A DNA stretch of 63,966 bases, the filler included. It is 8 parts of 8 records of this genome, joined end to end, with 100 filler letters (N's around TTAATTAATTAA, not from the genome) between each part and the next. Parts side by side here need not be neighbours in the genome. Positions count along the whole stretch, not along the records: positions 47,341 to 54,449 come from SRR20825010_1414; positions 54,550 to 60,370 come from SRR20825010_1419; 6 more parts are not named here. One strand, written 5' to 3'. Below are positions 48,650 through 58,276 of the stretch, piece after piece; the first letter of the stretch is position 1, and every line of letters begins with the position of its first letter. A model generated the notes under the pieces. It was not told the origin of the DNA, made no database searches, and was given only the letters and a program-made list of their open reading frames with translations. The translations under genes and the position numbers were made by a program.

Positions 48650-49582
48650 TTGAAATTATATCTTCGCCTTTTGGCTTATATCTTTATCTGCTTCATGGTT
48701 AGCAGCTGTCAGGAACGGATACAGCCTATTTACAACCCATCGAATGTATTAATTCCACAAAGCCTGAGCTTGACGTCGCTTGAGGAAATTGGAATCACTA
48801 TCAAGCAAGCAGGCGCCAGCCAGAATTGGAAAATGACGGATGCCGGCCCTGGAAAAATTGGCGGTGTTCTTAGTATTCGCACTCACCAAGCCACAGTCCG
48901 AATAGATTATTCCTTAATAAGTTACTCCATTACATATGTTTCCAGTATTAATTTAAAAGATGTCGGATATGGCATTCATAAGAACTACAATAGCTGGATC
49001 CGCGATCTTGAATCTGCAATCAATGTGTACTTACTGAAGCAAGCATTAGTCGTAAAGAATGAATCACTAAATTCTGACGATATAGCTATGCTGGAGGCTT
49101 GGAATCAAGCGGAGACAAGTGATAATCCTCTGGTGTTACAGAAATTTATAGATACGTATGGTAACAGCCCTTTCGCTGCACTTGCCCAAGATCGATTAAA
49201 CCTTCTCGCACAGCAGCGCGTATCAGGAGTGAAGAGATTCGATCCCACGGGAAAATGGTGGGTTGTTGCCTCTTATAAAGGAGGTGTCGGGAATACAAGT
49301 TGGTGTGCACGTGACAACACATGGACATTTGTGCTGGATTTGAAAAAAGGCCGAATTTCTGAGACTTTCTGGAACGGCAGAGCCGGACTATATGTTACGG
49401 GTGAGAATTCAGACGATTTTGTCGATCTGAATTTCGACTATCCAGGTGGTGGCCACCAGTGGAAATGGACGGAAAGATTTAGGCTGGATAGCGGTGACAA
49501 ACGCTTCATCGCGACTTCCATAGGAGGCGGAATACCGCCAGGCTGCACAGGCACCATCGGCGTTCATATGACGAAGCAATAG
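48650..49582 (+). CDS. Hypothetical multidomain lipoprotein
   Basis: Lipobox-like MVSSC; 310-aa ORF that is visibly AT-richer than its neighbours. Confidence 0.7.
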   Translation: MKLYLRLLAYIFICFMVSSCQERIQPIYNPSNVLIPQSLSLTSLEEIGITIKQAGASQNWKMTDAGPGKIGGVLSIRTHQATVRIDYSLISYSITYVSSINLKDVGYGIHKNYNSWIRDLESAINVYLLKQALVVKNESLNSDDIAMLEAWNQAETSDNPLVLQKFIDTYGNSPFAALAQDRLNLLAQQRVSGVKRFDPTGKWWVVASYKGGVGNTSWCARDNTWTFVLDLKKGRISETFWNGRAGLYVTGENSDDFVDLNFDYPGGGHQWKWTERFRLDSGDKRFIATSIGGGIPPGCTGTIGVHMTKQ

Positions 49583-49624
49583 CGCTTATAACGTTGCTAT
49601 CGCCAAGTGTCCATTGGACCAAAT

Positions 49625-50059
49625 TTAGGTACCGATTGCCTCGAACTTCTCAAACATTCCGCGGATATCATCTCCGACGGGTTCGGTTTTATGGGTGGTC
49701 TGGTTGGTGTTGACCCAGACAATCTCGCCGGTGCAATAGCGGGTATCTTCGCTCTTTGCAAATATGGCAAGTTCGAAGGTAACGGAAGTCCGGCCGATCT
49801 TCGCAACCCGGCAACCAACGTCCAGCTCAGCATCAAACAGGATCGGCTTCTCATAGAGAACCAGGGATTTCACAAGATGAAAATCAAGGCCGGTGCGTTT
49901 GACATACCCCGAATAATCAAAGCCCAGATGGCGGAACAGTTCCGTTATGGTCGTGTCGAAATAGGTCAGGTAATGGGCATTAAAAACAACACCCTGCCCG
50001 TCAATTTCGGAATAGCGCACGCGAAAGGGGTGAAAGAAACGAAATTTCTGACGGGCCAT
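49625..50059 (-). CDS. Acyl-CoA thioesterase (4HBT/YbgC family)
   Basis: RVRYSEIDGQGVVFNAHYLTYFD and KIGRTS. Confidence 0.9.
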   Translation of the reverse strand: MARQKFRFFHPFRVRYSEIDGQGVVFNAHYLTYFDTTITELFRHLGFDYSGYVKRTGLDFHLVKSLVLYEKPILFDAELDVGCRVAKIGRTSVTFELAIFAKSEDTRYCTGEIVWVNTNQTTHKTEPVGDDIRGMFEKFEAIGT

Positions 50060-50078
50060 GGGGGTTCCTTATTCAGTA

Positions 50079-50930
50079 TTATTGTCCCAACAACCCCGAT
50101 AATGCCTTTTGCCAGTCCGGTTGGTCAATGCCGAAAACCCGGCTGATTTTACTGCAATCAAGGACGGAGTTTTTTGGCCGTTCCGCCGGAACAGGATAGT
50201 CTTCCGTCGGGATGGGATTGAGCTTGGGCACCTCTGGACAACGGGCAAAAATAGCTTTTGCAAATCCATACCAGGTAATGGCAGGCGCACCGCAATAATG
50301 GAAAGTTCCCCAGGATTGAAACCCTGTCTCCTGCACATCTTTTGCTATCTTCAGGAGGCTTGCGGCAATATCATCCGCCGCCGTCGGTCCGCCGGTCTGG
50401 TCATCAACGATATTGAGTTCCTTATGACTTTTCGCGAGACGGAGCATGGTATTCACGAAATTCTGCGCGCCGCCGAAGACCCATGCCGTCCGCAAGATAA
50501 TATATTTATGGGAGACTGACGCAACGCGGGCCTCGCCTTCGGCTTTACTTTTACCATAAACGCTCAAGGGTGCGACAGCATCCTCTTCCAGATACGCGCC
50601 AGCTTTTTTGCCATCAAAGACAAAATCCGTTGAAATATGGAGAAGCGGAATATCGCCCGCTGCGCAGGCAAGAGCAAGATTTTCCGCGCCCTCGGCATTG
50701 GCGGCAAAGGCCGCGTCAATTTCCTCTTCCGCCTTGTCCACCGCTGTATAGGCCGCAGCGTTGATCACCACGTCAGGAGAGAGATCGCGAACCCTCTCCC
50801 GAACGGCGGACTTATCCGTAATATCAAGCGCCTGACGGTCAAGCGCGACAATATCGATCCCGTGTGGAGGCGCAAGTTTCTGAAGCGCCTGTCCCACCTG
50901 ACCGCCAGCGCCCGTAATCAGTATTTTCAT
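50079..50930 (-). CDS. rfbD: dTDP-4-dehydrorhamnose reductase
   Basis: GAGGQVG, NAAAYTAVD, HISTDFVFDG and YGKSK. Confidence 0.96.
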   Translation of the reverse strand: MKILITGAGGQVGQALQKLAPPHGIDIVALDRQALDITDKSAVRERVRDLSPDVVINAAAYTAVDKAEEEIDAAFAANAEGAENLALACAAGDIPLLHISTDFVFDGKKAGAYLEEDAVAPLSVYGKSKAEGEARVASVSHKYIILRTAWVFGGAQNFVNTMLRLAKSHKELNIVDDQTGGPTAADDIAASLLKIAKDVQETGFQSWGTFHYCGAPAITWYGFAKAIFARCPEVPKLNPIPTEDYPVPAERPKNSVLDCSKISRVFGIDQPDWQKALSGLLGQ

Positions 50931-51982
50931 CAGCCGTTTGTTCCCAGGCCAAGGCGTTCCTGAGTATAATCCGCAGCGACGGCCTTCACCCAATCGAGAT
51001 TTTCAAGATACCAGTCGACGGTTTTTTCAAGGCCGGTTTCCAGGTTTAATGATTGAGACCAACCAAGTTCCGCCTCAATTTTTGAACAGTCCACCGCATA
51101 GCGGGCATCATGGCCCGGCCGGTCGGTGACAAACCGGATCAGGTCCTCATGCGGCGCCTTTTCCGGGAATTTCTTGTCCATGATCCGGCAGATGCTTCGT
51201 ACCATGTCGATATTTGTTTGCTCGGCCCGGCCGCCAATCATATAGGTCTCTCCGATCTTGCCAGAGGCGACAACCTGCTGCAGGGCGGCAGCATGATCCT
51301 CGACATAGAGCCAGTCACGGATGTTCTCTCCCTTGCCGTATACCGGGAGCTCCTTGCCTTTCAGGCAATTGAGGATAATCACCGGCAGGAGTTTCTCGGG
51401 GAACTGATAAGGGCCATAATTATTGGAGCAATTAGTCACCAGTACCGGCAGGCCATAGGTGCGATGCCAGGCCCGCGCCAGATGGTCGGAGCCTGCCTTG
51501 CTCGCGGAATAGGGAGAATTGGGATCATAGGGGCTGGTTTCAGAAAACTGCCCTTCCGCACCGAGTTCTCCGTAAACCTCATCCGTCGAGACATGCAGGA
51601 AACGAAAGTCATCTTTTTCCGCGCCGTCCAATGCACGCCAGTATTGATAGGCCGCGTCCAGCATGGTGAAGGTACCCACGAGATTGGTCTGCACAAAGTC
51701 CGCCGGTCCATCGATCGACCGATCCACATGGGACTCCGCCGCCAGATGATAAACGGCGCTTGGCTTGTACTTGCTGAACAGTTCGCCAATGCCATCGCGG
51801 TCACAGATGTCGGTTTGTGAGAAGTGATAATGCGGGCTGTTGCTCGCAGGTTTCAGGCTTTCGAGCGACCCGGCATAGGTCAGCTTGTCGATAATCAGAA
51901 CATCTTCCTGACCCTGCTTGATCAGATCGCGGGCAAGGGCGGAACCGATAAAGCCCGCCCCCCCTGTGACAAAAACAGTCAT
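50930..51982 (-). CDS. rfbB: dTDP-glucose 4,6-dehydratase
   Basis: [27 protein letters not shown] and YSASK. Confidence 0.97.
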   Translation of the reverse strand: MTVFVTGGAGFIGSALARDLIKQGQEDVLIIDKLTYAGSLESLKPASNSPHYHFSQTDICDRDGIGELFSKYKPSAVYHLAAESHVDRSIDGPADFVQTNLVGTFTMLDAAYQYWRALDGAEKDDFRFLHVSTDEVYGELGAEGQFSETSPYDPNSPYSASKAGSDHLARAWHRTYGLPVLVTNCSNNYGPYQFPEKLLPVIILNCLKGKELPVYGKGENIRDWLYVEDHAAALQQVVASGKIGETYMIGGRAEQTNIDMVRSICRIMDKKFPEKAPHEDLIRFVTDRPGHDARYAVDCSKIEAELGWSQSLNLETGLEKTVDWYLENLDWVKAVAADYTQERLGLGTNG

Positions 51983-52548
51983 CTGGTTTCCTTGAATTCG
52001 AATAATCTTGTCTGATCTTTTAATAACGGCAAAATCTTATCTTTTTCTGAAAGAATCGCCTTTTCCGCCGAAATTGACCAATTAATATTCAAATCTGGAT
52101 CGTTCCAGAATATGCCGCAGTCATGCTCCGGGCTGTAATAGTCGGTCACCTTGTAGACAATTTCCGTATCCGGCTTCAACGTGCAGTATCCATGGGCGAA
52201 TCCAGCCGGCACCCAAAGCTGACGCCAGTTTTCCTCCGATAGCTCCACGGTCACATGCTGGCCGAATGTCGGAGAACCGACACGGATATCCACCGCCACA
52301 TCGACAACGGCCCCGCGCAGAACCCGCACCAGTTTTCCCTGTGCCTTTGGCGTCAGCTGATAATGCAATCCCCGCACAACCCCTGCCTCGGCGTTATAAG
52401 CATGATTATCCTGCACAAAATCCAGGTCCAGTCCCGCGTCTTTCAGCGTCCGCGCATTCCAGACTTCCGAGAAAAACCCCCTGTCATCCCCGAACTTCTT
52501 CGGGCACAGGATCTTTACATCCGCAATTGCCGTTTCTTCAATCTGCAT
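51979..52548 (-). CDS. rfbC: dTDP-4-dehydrorhamnose 3,5-epimerase
   Basis: [20 protein letters not shown] and GFAHGY. Confidence 0.96.
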   Translation of the reverse strand: MQIEETAIADVKILCPKKFGDDRGFFSEVWNARTLKDAGLDLDFVQDNHAYNAEAGVVRGLHYQLTPKAQGKLVRVLRGAVVDVAVDIRVGSPTFGQHVTVELSEENWRQLWVPAGFAHGYCTLKPDTEIVYKVTDYYSPEHDCGIFWNDPDLNINWSISAEKAILSEKDKILPLLKDQTRLFEFKETR

Positions 52549-52602
52549 GCTTAATCATGTCCTTAACACTACGTCACCGATAAATCCGGCACACCGTCAT
52601 TA

Positions 52603-53481
52603 CTACTTTTTGTTATAAAGTAAACAATCAGGATAGCTAACCGTAAAAACGGTGCCTTCAGTAACTTCTTTATCGAATATAAAATCGATCTGATATTTAA
52701 AAACCGCCCCCACTGTTACTGCCGCAAGCGGTGTCTTGCCTGTACAGCTCTTCGCAAGGATCCGCCCCTTAAAATTTTGCGGCCAATATTTGCTTTGCTT
52801 TATGGTATTTTTTTGTTCTTTCACCATTATAAACATCAACATAAGACCTTCCGCCTGTATGTCGGTGGATTTGAGGGACATTTTATCCAAATCCGGCGGT
52901 TCATACTTGGCGGCGGCCAATTGAAAGGACCCCATGACCCGCTCAATCAGACGCACATCAACACGATCACCATTCGGCCAGTAGCGGACTTTGTTATACC
53001 GCGCATCGATGGCTTTCTGGTTGACCAGCGGCAGGTCGCTCGCCACACAAAACCCCTTATCCATCTTGTTGAATGCTGTTTTCGCGCCTTTTCCGCCAAC
53101 GATTACCATGCGGAATTCATAGTCAAATCCCTTATTGAGCAGAAATCGAACATCCGGGTCACCGCAGGCATTGCGACTTAAATCATCGATATAGTTGCTC
53201 GCGACATTCTCGCGGACGGCAGCTATCAAATCAGGCCTATCAAGCTGGTCAAGCCGATAGATAAAATGATCCAGAATTTGTTTTTCAGCTATCTCACGAA
53301 ATGTGAAATCCAGCCCGGGCGGTGTCTCCTCAAATGTCTTATTTTGCGTCTTTGCATAAACACGCTCCGCCGCCGAACGCTCTTCCGGGTCTGTGGGCCA
53401 GACATTATCCGCCGTTTGCCGCATATTGCCTGTGCAGGCGGCCAGACCCATCATCATGATCAGGCATATAAACGCTTTCAT
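52603..53481 (-). CDS. Hypothetical lipoprotein with two Cys-pair domains
   Basis: Lipobox LAAC after the ATG at 53481 (AGAGG RBS); long uninterrupted ORF. Confidence 0.7.
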   Translation of the reverse strand: MKAFICLIMMMGLAACTGNMRQTADNVWPTDPEERSAAERVYAKTQNKTFEETPPGLDFTFREIAEKQILDHFIYRLDQLDRPDLIAAVRENVASNYIDDLSRNACGDPDVRFLLNKGFDYEFRMVIVGGKGAKTAFNKMDKGFCVASDLPLVNQKAIDARYNKVRYWPNGDRVDVRLIERVMGSFQLAAAKYEPPDLDKMSLKSTDIQAEGLMLMFIMVKEQKNTIKQSKYWPQNFKGRILAKSCTGKTPLAAVTVGAVFKYQIDFIFDKEVTEGTVFTVSYPDCLLYNKK

Positions 53482-53635
53482 GTCGCCTCTGCTGTTAGGG
53501 GCATGACGCATAGTATAGAAGTCTTTTCCGTTTCTTCATCCATAAATTGCCGCAGACCTCATCACCAATAAATTAGTCCCTTTTTATGAACTTACCGGGT
53601 AAGATTGCCAAAAAAGCAGATTGCAAGGACAGGAC

Positions 53636-54262
53636 ATGCTGAAACTTTATTATAATACCGGATCAATCGCGCTGGCCTCTCATATTGCACTTGAAGAAAG
53701 TGGTGTGGATTATGAGGCGATAAAGCTTAATCACGCGATTATGGAGCATACCAAGCCCGAATATCTCGCCATCAATCCGAAGGGACGCGTGCCGTCATTG
53801 ATAACGGATCGGGGCATCCTCACAGAGACACCGGCCATATTGCTCTATATTGCGCAAGAATATGGCGCGTCCGTCTTCCCGCCGCCCGAAGACCCATATG
53901 ACCTTGCGCAGCTTCAGTCCGTCAACAGCTATCTCTGCTCCACCGTTCATGTCAATCATGCCCACCGTATGCGCGGGAAACGCTGGGTCGATGAGCAAAA
54001 CACTGCGGCGATCGAGGCCATGCAACGCAAGGTGAAAAGCAATATGGAAGACTGCTTTCACCTGATCGAGGAGGAGATGTTTATCGGCCCCTGGATCATG
54101 GGCGCGGATTTCAGCATCGCCGATCCCTACTTGTTCACCATTACCCAATGGATGGAGGGCGACGGCGTTGACCCTGCAGACTTCCCCAAGCTGCTGGCTC
54201 ATCGTAAGGCCATGCTCGCCCGCCCCGCCGTCGCGCGGGTCGTGGCCGAACATGCCGCCTAA
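53636..54262 (+). CDS. Glutathione S-transferase (beta-class-like)
   Basis: SHIALEE, INPKGRVP, TETPAILLY and FSIADPYLF. Confidence 0.93.
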   Translation: MLKLYYNTGSIALASHIALEESGVDYEAIKLNHAIMEHTKPEYLAINPKGRVPSLITDRGILTETPAILLYIAQEYGASVFPPPEDPYDLAQLQSVNSYLCSTVHVNHAHRMRGKRWVDEQNTAAIEAMQRKVKSNMEDCFHLIEEEMFIGPWIMGADFSIADPYLFTITQWMEGDGVDPADFPKLLAHRKAMLARPAVARVVAEHAA

Positions 54263-54268
54263 GCGCCG

Positions 54269-54449
54269 TTACCGCGCGATTGGCTTGTATTTGATGCGGT
54301 GGGGTTCGGTGGCGTCCTTGCCGAGGCGCTTGCGCTTGTCTTCCTCGTAAGCCTCGAAGTTGCCTTCGAACCATTCCACATGGCTGTCGCCCTCATAGGC
54401 GAGCATATGGGTGGCGACGCGGTCGAGGAACCAGCGATCATGGCTGATG
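54269..54449 (-). CDS. ettA: Energy-dependent translational throttle EttA, C-terminal part
   Basis: Manual translation gives ISHDRWFLDRVATHMLAYEGDSHVEWFEGNFEAYEEDKRKRLG...HRIKYKPIAR*. Confidence 0.93.
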
Positions 54450-54549
54450 NNNNNNNNNNNNNNNNNNNNNNNNNNNNNNNNNNNNNNNNNNNNTTAATTA
54501 ATTAANNNNNNNNNNNNNNNNNNNNNNNNNNNNNNNNNNNNNNNNNNNN
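54450..54549. other. Artificial contig linker
   Basis: 44 N + TTAATTAATTAA + 44 N. Confidence 0.99.
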
Positions 54550-54645
54550 CTCTTGCCAAGCCGCCCGTCTGTCAACAGGATTGTGAAAAAATTATCTCAG
54601 GCTTGTGTGCGCTGGTATATTTTTAGTCAAGATGAGGTGTCGCCA

Positions 54646-55518
54646 ATGACGGACGAAGACCGCACCATTTCGGATCGGATCCAGGCCCGACTGGATGACA
54701 TGACCCGGGCAGAGCGGCAGTTGGCCCTGTCGATACTGGAAAATTACCCCGCCTCTGGTCTGGGGCCATTGGCGGCACTGGCCAAGGGGGCCAATGTCTC
54801 TGTGCCCACCGTGGCGCGCATGGTTCAAAAGCTGGGGTACAAGGGGTATCCGGATTTTCAGGCGGACCTGCGGGACGAACTGGGGGCCATCGCCAAGGGG
54901 CCGATTGCCAAACACGAAACATGGGCCGGGGCAGCTCCGTCAGAGCATATCCTGAACCGTTTTACCGATGCGGTGATCGACAACATTCGCAACACGTTGG
55001 CCCACATCGACCCTGCCGCCTTTGATCAGGCCTGCGCACTGGCGGCTGACCGGGACCGGCATCTGTACATTGTGGGTGGGCGCATCACCCATACCTTGGC
55101 AGAGTACATGTTCCTGCACATGCAGGTCATTCGCCCCAACCTGACCCATGTTCAGTCTACGTCGAACACATGGCCGCACTACCTGCTGAATGCCGCAGAA
55201 GGCGACGTTTTTGTCATCTTCGACGTCAGGCGGTATGAGAACAACACCCTGAAACTGGCGGAAATGGCGCGCGCGCGCGGCGCAAAGATCGTGCTGTTCA
55301 CCGATCAGTGGCGATCCCCTGTGCACAGGTTGGCCGACATCAGCCTGACCAGCCGGATCATTGTTCCGTCGGCGTGGGATTCGCTGGCTACGCCGATGCT
55401 GTTGGTCGAAACCATGATCTCGGCGGTTCAAACGCTGAATTGGGGCGACACCAAGGGCCGCATGCAGGAACTCGAAGAGATCTTTGACCAGACCAAGCTG
55501 TTTCGCAAGTTCACCTGA
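54646..55518 (+). CDS. RpiR/MurR-family regulator (HTH + SIS)
   Basis: MTRAERQLA...VSVPTVARMVQKLGYKGYPDFQ; SIS domain with LFTD..SP. Confidence 0.92.
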   Translation: MTDEDRTISDRIQARLDDMTRAERQLALSILENYPASGLGPLAALAKGANVSVPTVARMVQKLGYKGYPDFQADLRDELGAIAKGPIAKHETWAGAAPSEHILNRFTDAVIDNIRNTLAHIDPAAFDQACALAADRDRHLYIVGGRITHTLAEYMFLHMQVIRPNLTHVQSTSNTWPHYLLNAAEGDVFVIFDVRRYENNTLKLAEMARARGAKIVLFTDQWRSPVHRLADISLTSRIIVPSAWDSLATPMLLVETMISAVQTLNWGDTKGRMQELEEIFDQTKLFRKFT

Positions 55519-55697
55519 GCCGAGCCATGAGAGCAGTGGTTGTCATTGATTTGTGAGGGGGGATGCCTCACACAGGCGCAGTGACGCTGGACACAGCCGA
55601 TTTGCCTGACACCTGTCATGATCTCCGGCTGCCGCCTTGGCGCCATTGTTGTCATGGACCAATGGCCCGATGGGGCCACAACCTGCGACTGGGGCCC

Positions 55698-56471
55698 ATG
55701 ACACAACGTTCCGCATCACGCGAGGCCGCGACGGCGGCCATTGATCCGTTGCCTGCAAGGCTACTTAAGCGCACGGCACTGGTCGTATTGGGGCCGGTCT
55801 ATTTCGGGTTCATCGCCTTTGTGCCGCTGCTCTGCGCCCGGCGAAGGGGCTTTGCCGGGTGGTATTGGCGTCTGGTCAAAAGAGCCTGTTCTTGGCTGTT
55901 GTGGCTGCTCAGCATCCGGGCGGATATGTCGGCTGCAGACAGACAGGCGCTGGGTGACGACACAGACAGCCTGATCGTGATCAACCACCGCAGCCACCTT
56001 GACGGCTTTGTCCTGATGGACGTGGTGCCGGACCAGAAATGGTTCACCTTTGCCGCCAAGAAGGAACTGTTCGAGGCTCCTTTACTGCGTACGGGCTTTA
56101 ACGGCGCCGGACTAGTCGAAATTGACCGCAAGAGCGGCAGGCTGGCGTTGGAAACGCTTAGCGCCGCGGTGCGGACCATGCCCGCCCGTCGATCTGTGGT
56201 GCTGTTCCCCGAAGGCACGCGCGCGCGAACCGACACGCTGGGCCCGTTCAAGGCTGGGGCGGTTCTGGTGGCAAGGGAAACCGGCCGCGCGGTTCGGCCA
56301 ATTGTCATTCGCGATTCGGATCAGTTGTTGCCGCGAGGCAAATTCGTCCCGCGCAGCGGCACGGTTCGTGTGGACGTCCTGCCGCCTTTCGTCTGCGATC
56401 CGACCGTAAGTGTGGATGAGGATCTTGACCGCCTCCGCGCGGCGATGCTGGCAGTGTTCGACACACCGTAG
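55698..56471 (+). CDS. Lysophospholipid (PlsC-like) acyltransferase
   Basis: NHRSHLD, AKKEL, IDR and FPEGTR. Confidence 0.9.
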   Translation: MTQRSASREAATAAIDPLPARLLKRTALVVLGPVYFGFIAFVPLLCARRRGFAGWYWRLVKRACSWLLWLLSIRADMSAADRQALGDDTDSLIVINHRSHLDGFVLMDVVPDQKWFTFAAKKELFEAPLLRTGFNGAGLVEIDRKSGRLALETLSAAVRTMPARRSVVLFPEGTRARTDTLGPFKAGAVLVARETGRAVRPIVIRDSDQLLPRGKFVPRSGTVRVDVLPPFVCDPTVSVDEDLDRLRAAMLAVFDTP

Positions 56472-56547
56472 GATGCGATTGCTGGTCGAGGCGGATTGCG
56501 GCCTCTGCTAGGGTTTTCTCATCGCCGCAGATCAAGAGGACGCAGGC

Positions 56548-57789
56548 ATGGACATCGACATTCTGGTCAAGGGTGGGTTGCTGGCGGACGGCAGCGAGGC
56601 AGATGTAGCCATTACAGACGGGATCATCACCGGGGTAGAACCGGGGATCACGGCAGAAGCGGGCGAGGTCATCGATGCCAGCGGCAAGCTGGTCAGCGCC
56701 CCTTTTGTCGATGCGCATTTTCACATGGACGCGACGCTCAGCTATGGGCGGCCACGGGTGAATGCCTCTGGCACGCTGCTGGAGGGGATCGCGCTGTGGG
56801 GAGAGTTGAAGCAACACCAGACGCGCGAAGAGATCGTCGCCCGCGCTCTGGACTATTGCCGACAGGCGATCGGGCGGGGCGTGCTGGGGATCCGCAGCCA
56901 TGTGGACGTAACTGACCCGACGTTCCGCACCGTCGAGGCGCTGCTGGAGGTGCAAGAGCGCGTGCGCGACGTGATCGACCTGCAACTGGTCGCCTTTCCG
57001 CAGGACGGTTGGTATCGCGCTCAGGGGGCAGAGGCACAGGTGATCCGCGCACTGGATGCCGGTGTCGATGTTGTCGGGGGCATTCCACATTTCGAACGCA
57101 CGATGGCGGCGGGCGCGGCTTCGGTCCGGGCAGCCTGTGAACTGGCCGCAGCGCGAGGGCTATGCGTCGATCTGCATTGCGACGAAAGCGACGACCCCCT
57201 TAGTCGCCACATCGAAACACTGGCGGCGGAAACGATCCGTTTGGGCCTTCAAGGCCGGGTGGCCGGGTCGCATCTGACCTCTATGCATTCGATGGACAAT
57301 TACTATGTGGCCAAGCTGTTGCCGCTGATCGCCGAGGCACAGGTGGCGGCGATCCCCAATCCGCTGATCAACATCACCCTTCAAGGGCGGATGGATACCT
57401 ATCCAAAGCGGCGCGGGCTGACCCGCGTGCCGGAACTGCGCGCTGCGGGGGTGACGGTGGCCTTTGGTCAGGATTGTGTGCGCGATCCGTGGTATCCGCT
57501 GGGCTCCGGCGACATGCTGGAAGTGGCGCACATGGGGCTGCATGTGGCGTTGATGACAGCCCCGGACCAGATGCGGGCCGCCTATCAGATGGTGACAGAG
57601 ACGCCCGCGCAGGTGATGGGGCTGGACTATGGGCTGGAGGTTGGAAAGCGGGGCAGCCTGGTGGTGTTGGATGCACCCGACCCGATCGAGGCATTGCGAC
57701 TGCGGCCCGCCCGGCTGGCCGTGATTTCAAACGGACGGGTTGTGGCACGGACAGAGCCTGCGCGCTGCACAACCGCTGCCGGGTTCTAG
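56548..57789 (+). CDS. Cytosine deaminase-like amidohydrolase
   Basis: DAHFHMD, IRSHVD, VAFPQDG, LHCDE and GQDCV.DPWYPLG. Confidence 0.9.
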   Translation: MDIDILVKGGLLADGSEADVAITDGIITGVEPGITAEAGEVIDASGKLVSAPFVDAHFHMDATLSYGRPRVNASGTLLEGIALWGELKQHQTREEIVARALDYCRQAIGRGVLGIRSHVDVTDPTFRTVEALLEVQERVRDVIDLQLVAFPQDGWYRAQGAEAQVIRALDAGVDVVGGIPHFERTMAAGAASVRAACELAAARGLCVDLHCDESDDPLSRHIETLAAETIRLGLQGRVAGSHLTSMHSMDNYYVAKLLPLIAEAQVAAIPNPLINITLQGRMDTYPKRRGLTRVPELRAAGVTVAFGQDCVRDPWYPLGSGDMLEVAHMGLHVALMTAPDQMRAAYQMVTETPAQVMGLDYGLEVGKRGSLVVLDAPDPIEALRLRPARLAVISNGRVVARTEPARCTTAAGF

Positions 57790-57793
57790 GCCG

Positions 57794-58249
57794 TTAGACA
57801 GAGGGCCTGTGCCAAGTGACCTTGACGGGATGCGGCAAACTCGCGGCAAACCAGTCAGTCAATTCAGCCTGTAGCTGGTCCAGCAGCGCCAACCGGTCCT
57901 CAAGATCGATGATCCAGATAAATCCGTTGGCCGCCCCGCGCCGCCCCATTTCGGGAAAGAGATAGGCACAGCCGATGTAAACGCCGTCCTTGTCCCGCAC
58001 GATCCATGAAAATGATCGGGCCGCCGCGAACTCGCGGTCATGCCAGGCCAGATCGTACAGGTTCTCCGTCAGCGTCAGCCCGTCAGGCCAGGAACCGAAC
58101 ATATTCGTCAGGACATGGGCCGCGCCGGTGACGGCGGCGAAATCCTCATCGACTTCGGCGGGGGTCAGCGGAGTCAGGGCAAAGCCCCGCAGTGATGCGC
58201 TGCGGGGCAGGGGGTCCGTGTCGAAATCGGGATGGCTGCGAAGTCTCAT
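57794..58249 (-). CDS. Hypothetical protein, possibly a truncated GNAT-like fold
   Basis: LTPL...EDFAAV...WP...ENLYDLAWH..EF...YIGCAYLFP; co-oriented downstream of the 2OG oxygenase. Confidence 0.6.
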   Translation of the reverse strand: MRLRSHPDFDTDPLPRSASLRGFALTPLTPAEVDEDFAAVTGAAHVLTNMFGSWPDGLTLTENLYDLAWHDREFAAARSFSWIVRDKDGVYIGCAYLFPEMGRRGAANGFIWIIDLEDRLALLDQLQAELTDWFAASLPHPVKVTWHRPSV

Positions 58250-58276
58250 CTTTGGCCGTCCTTATCCTTGGAGCGC

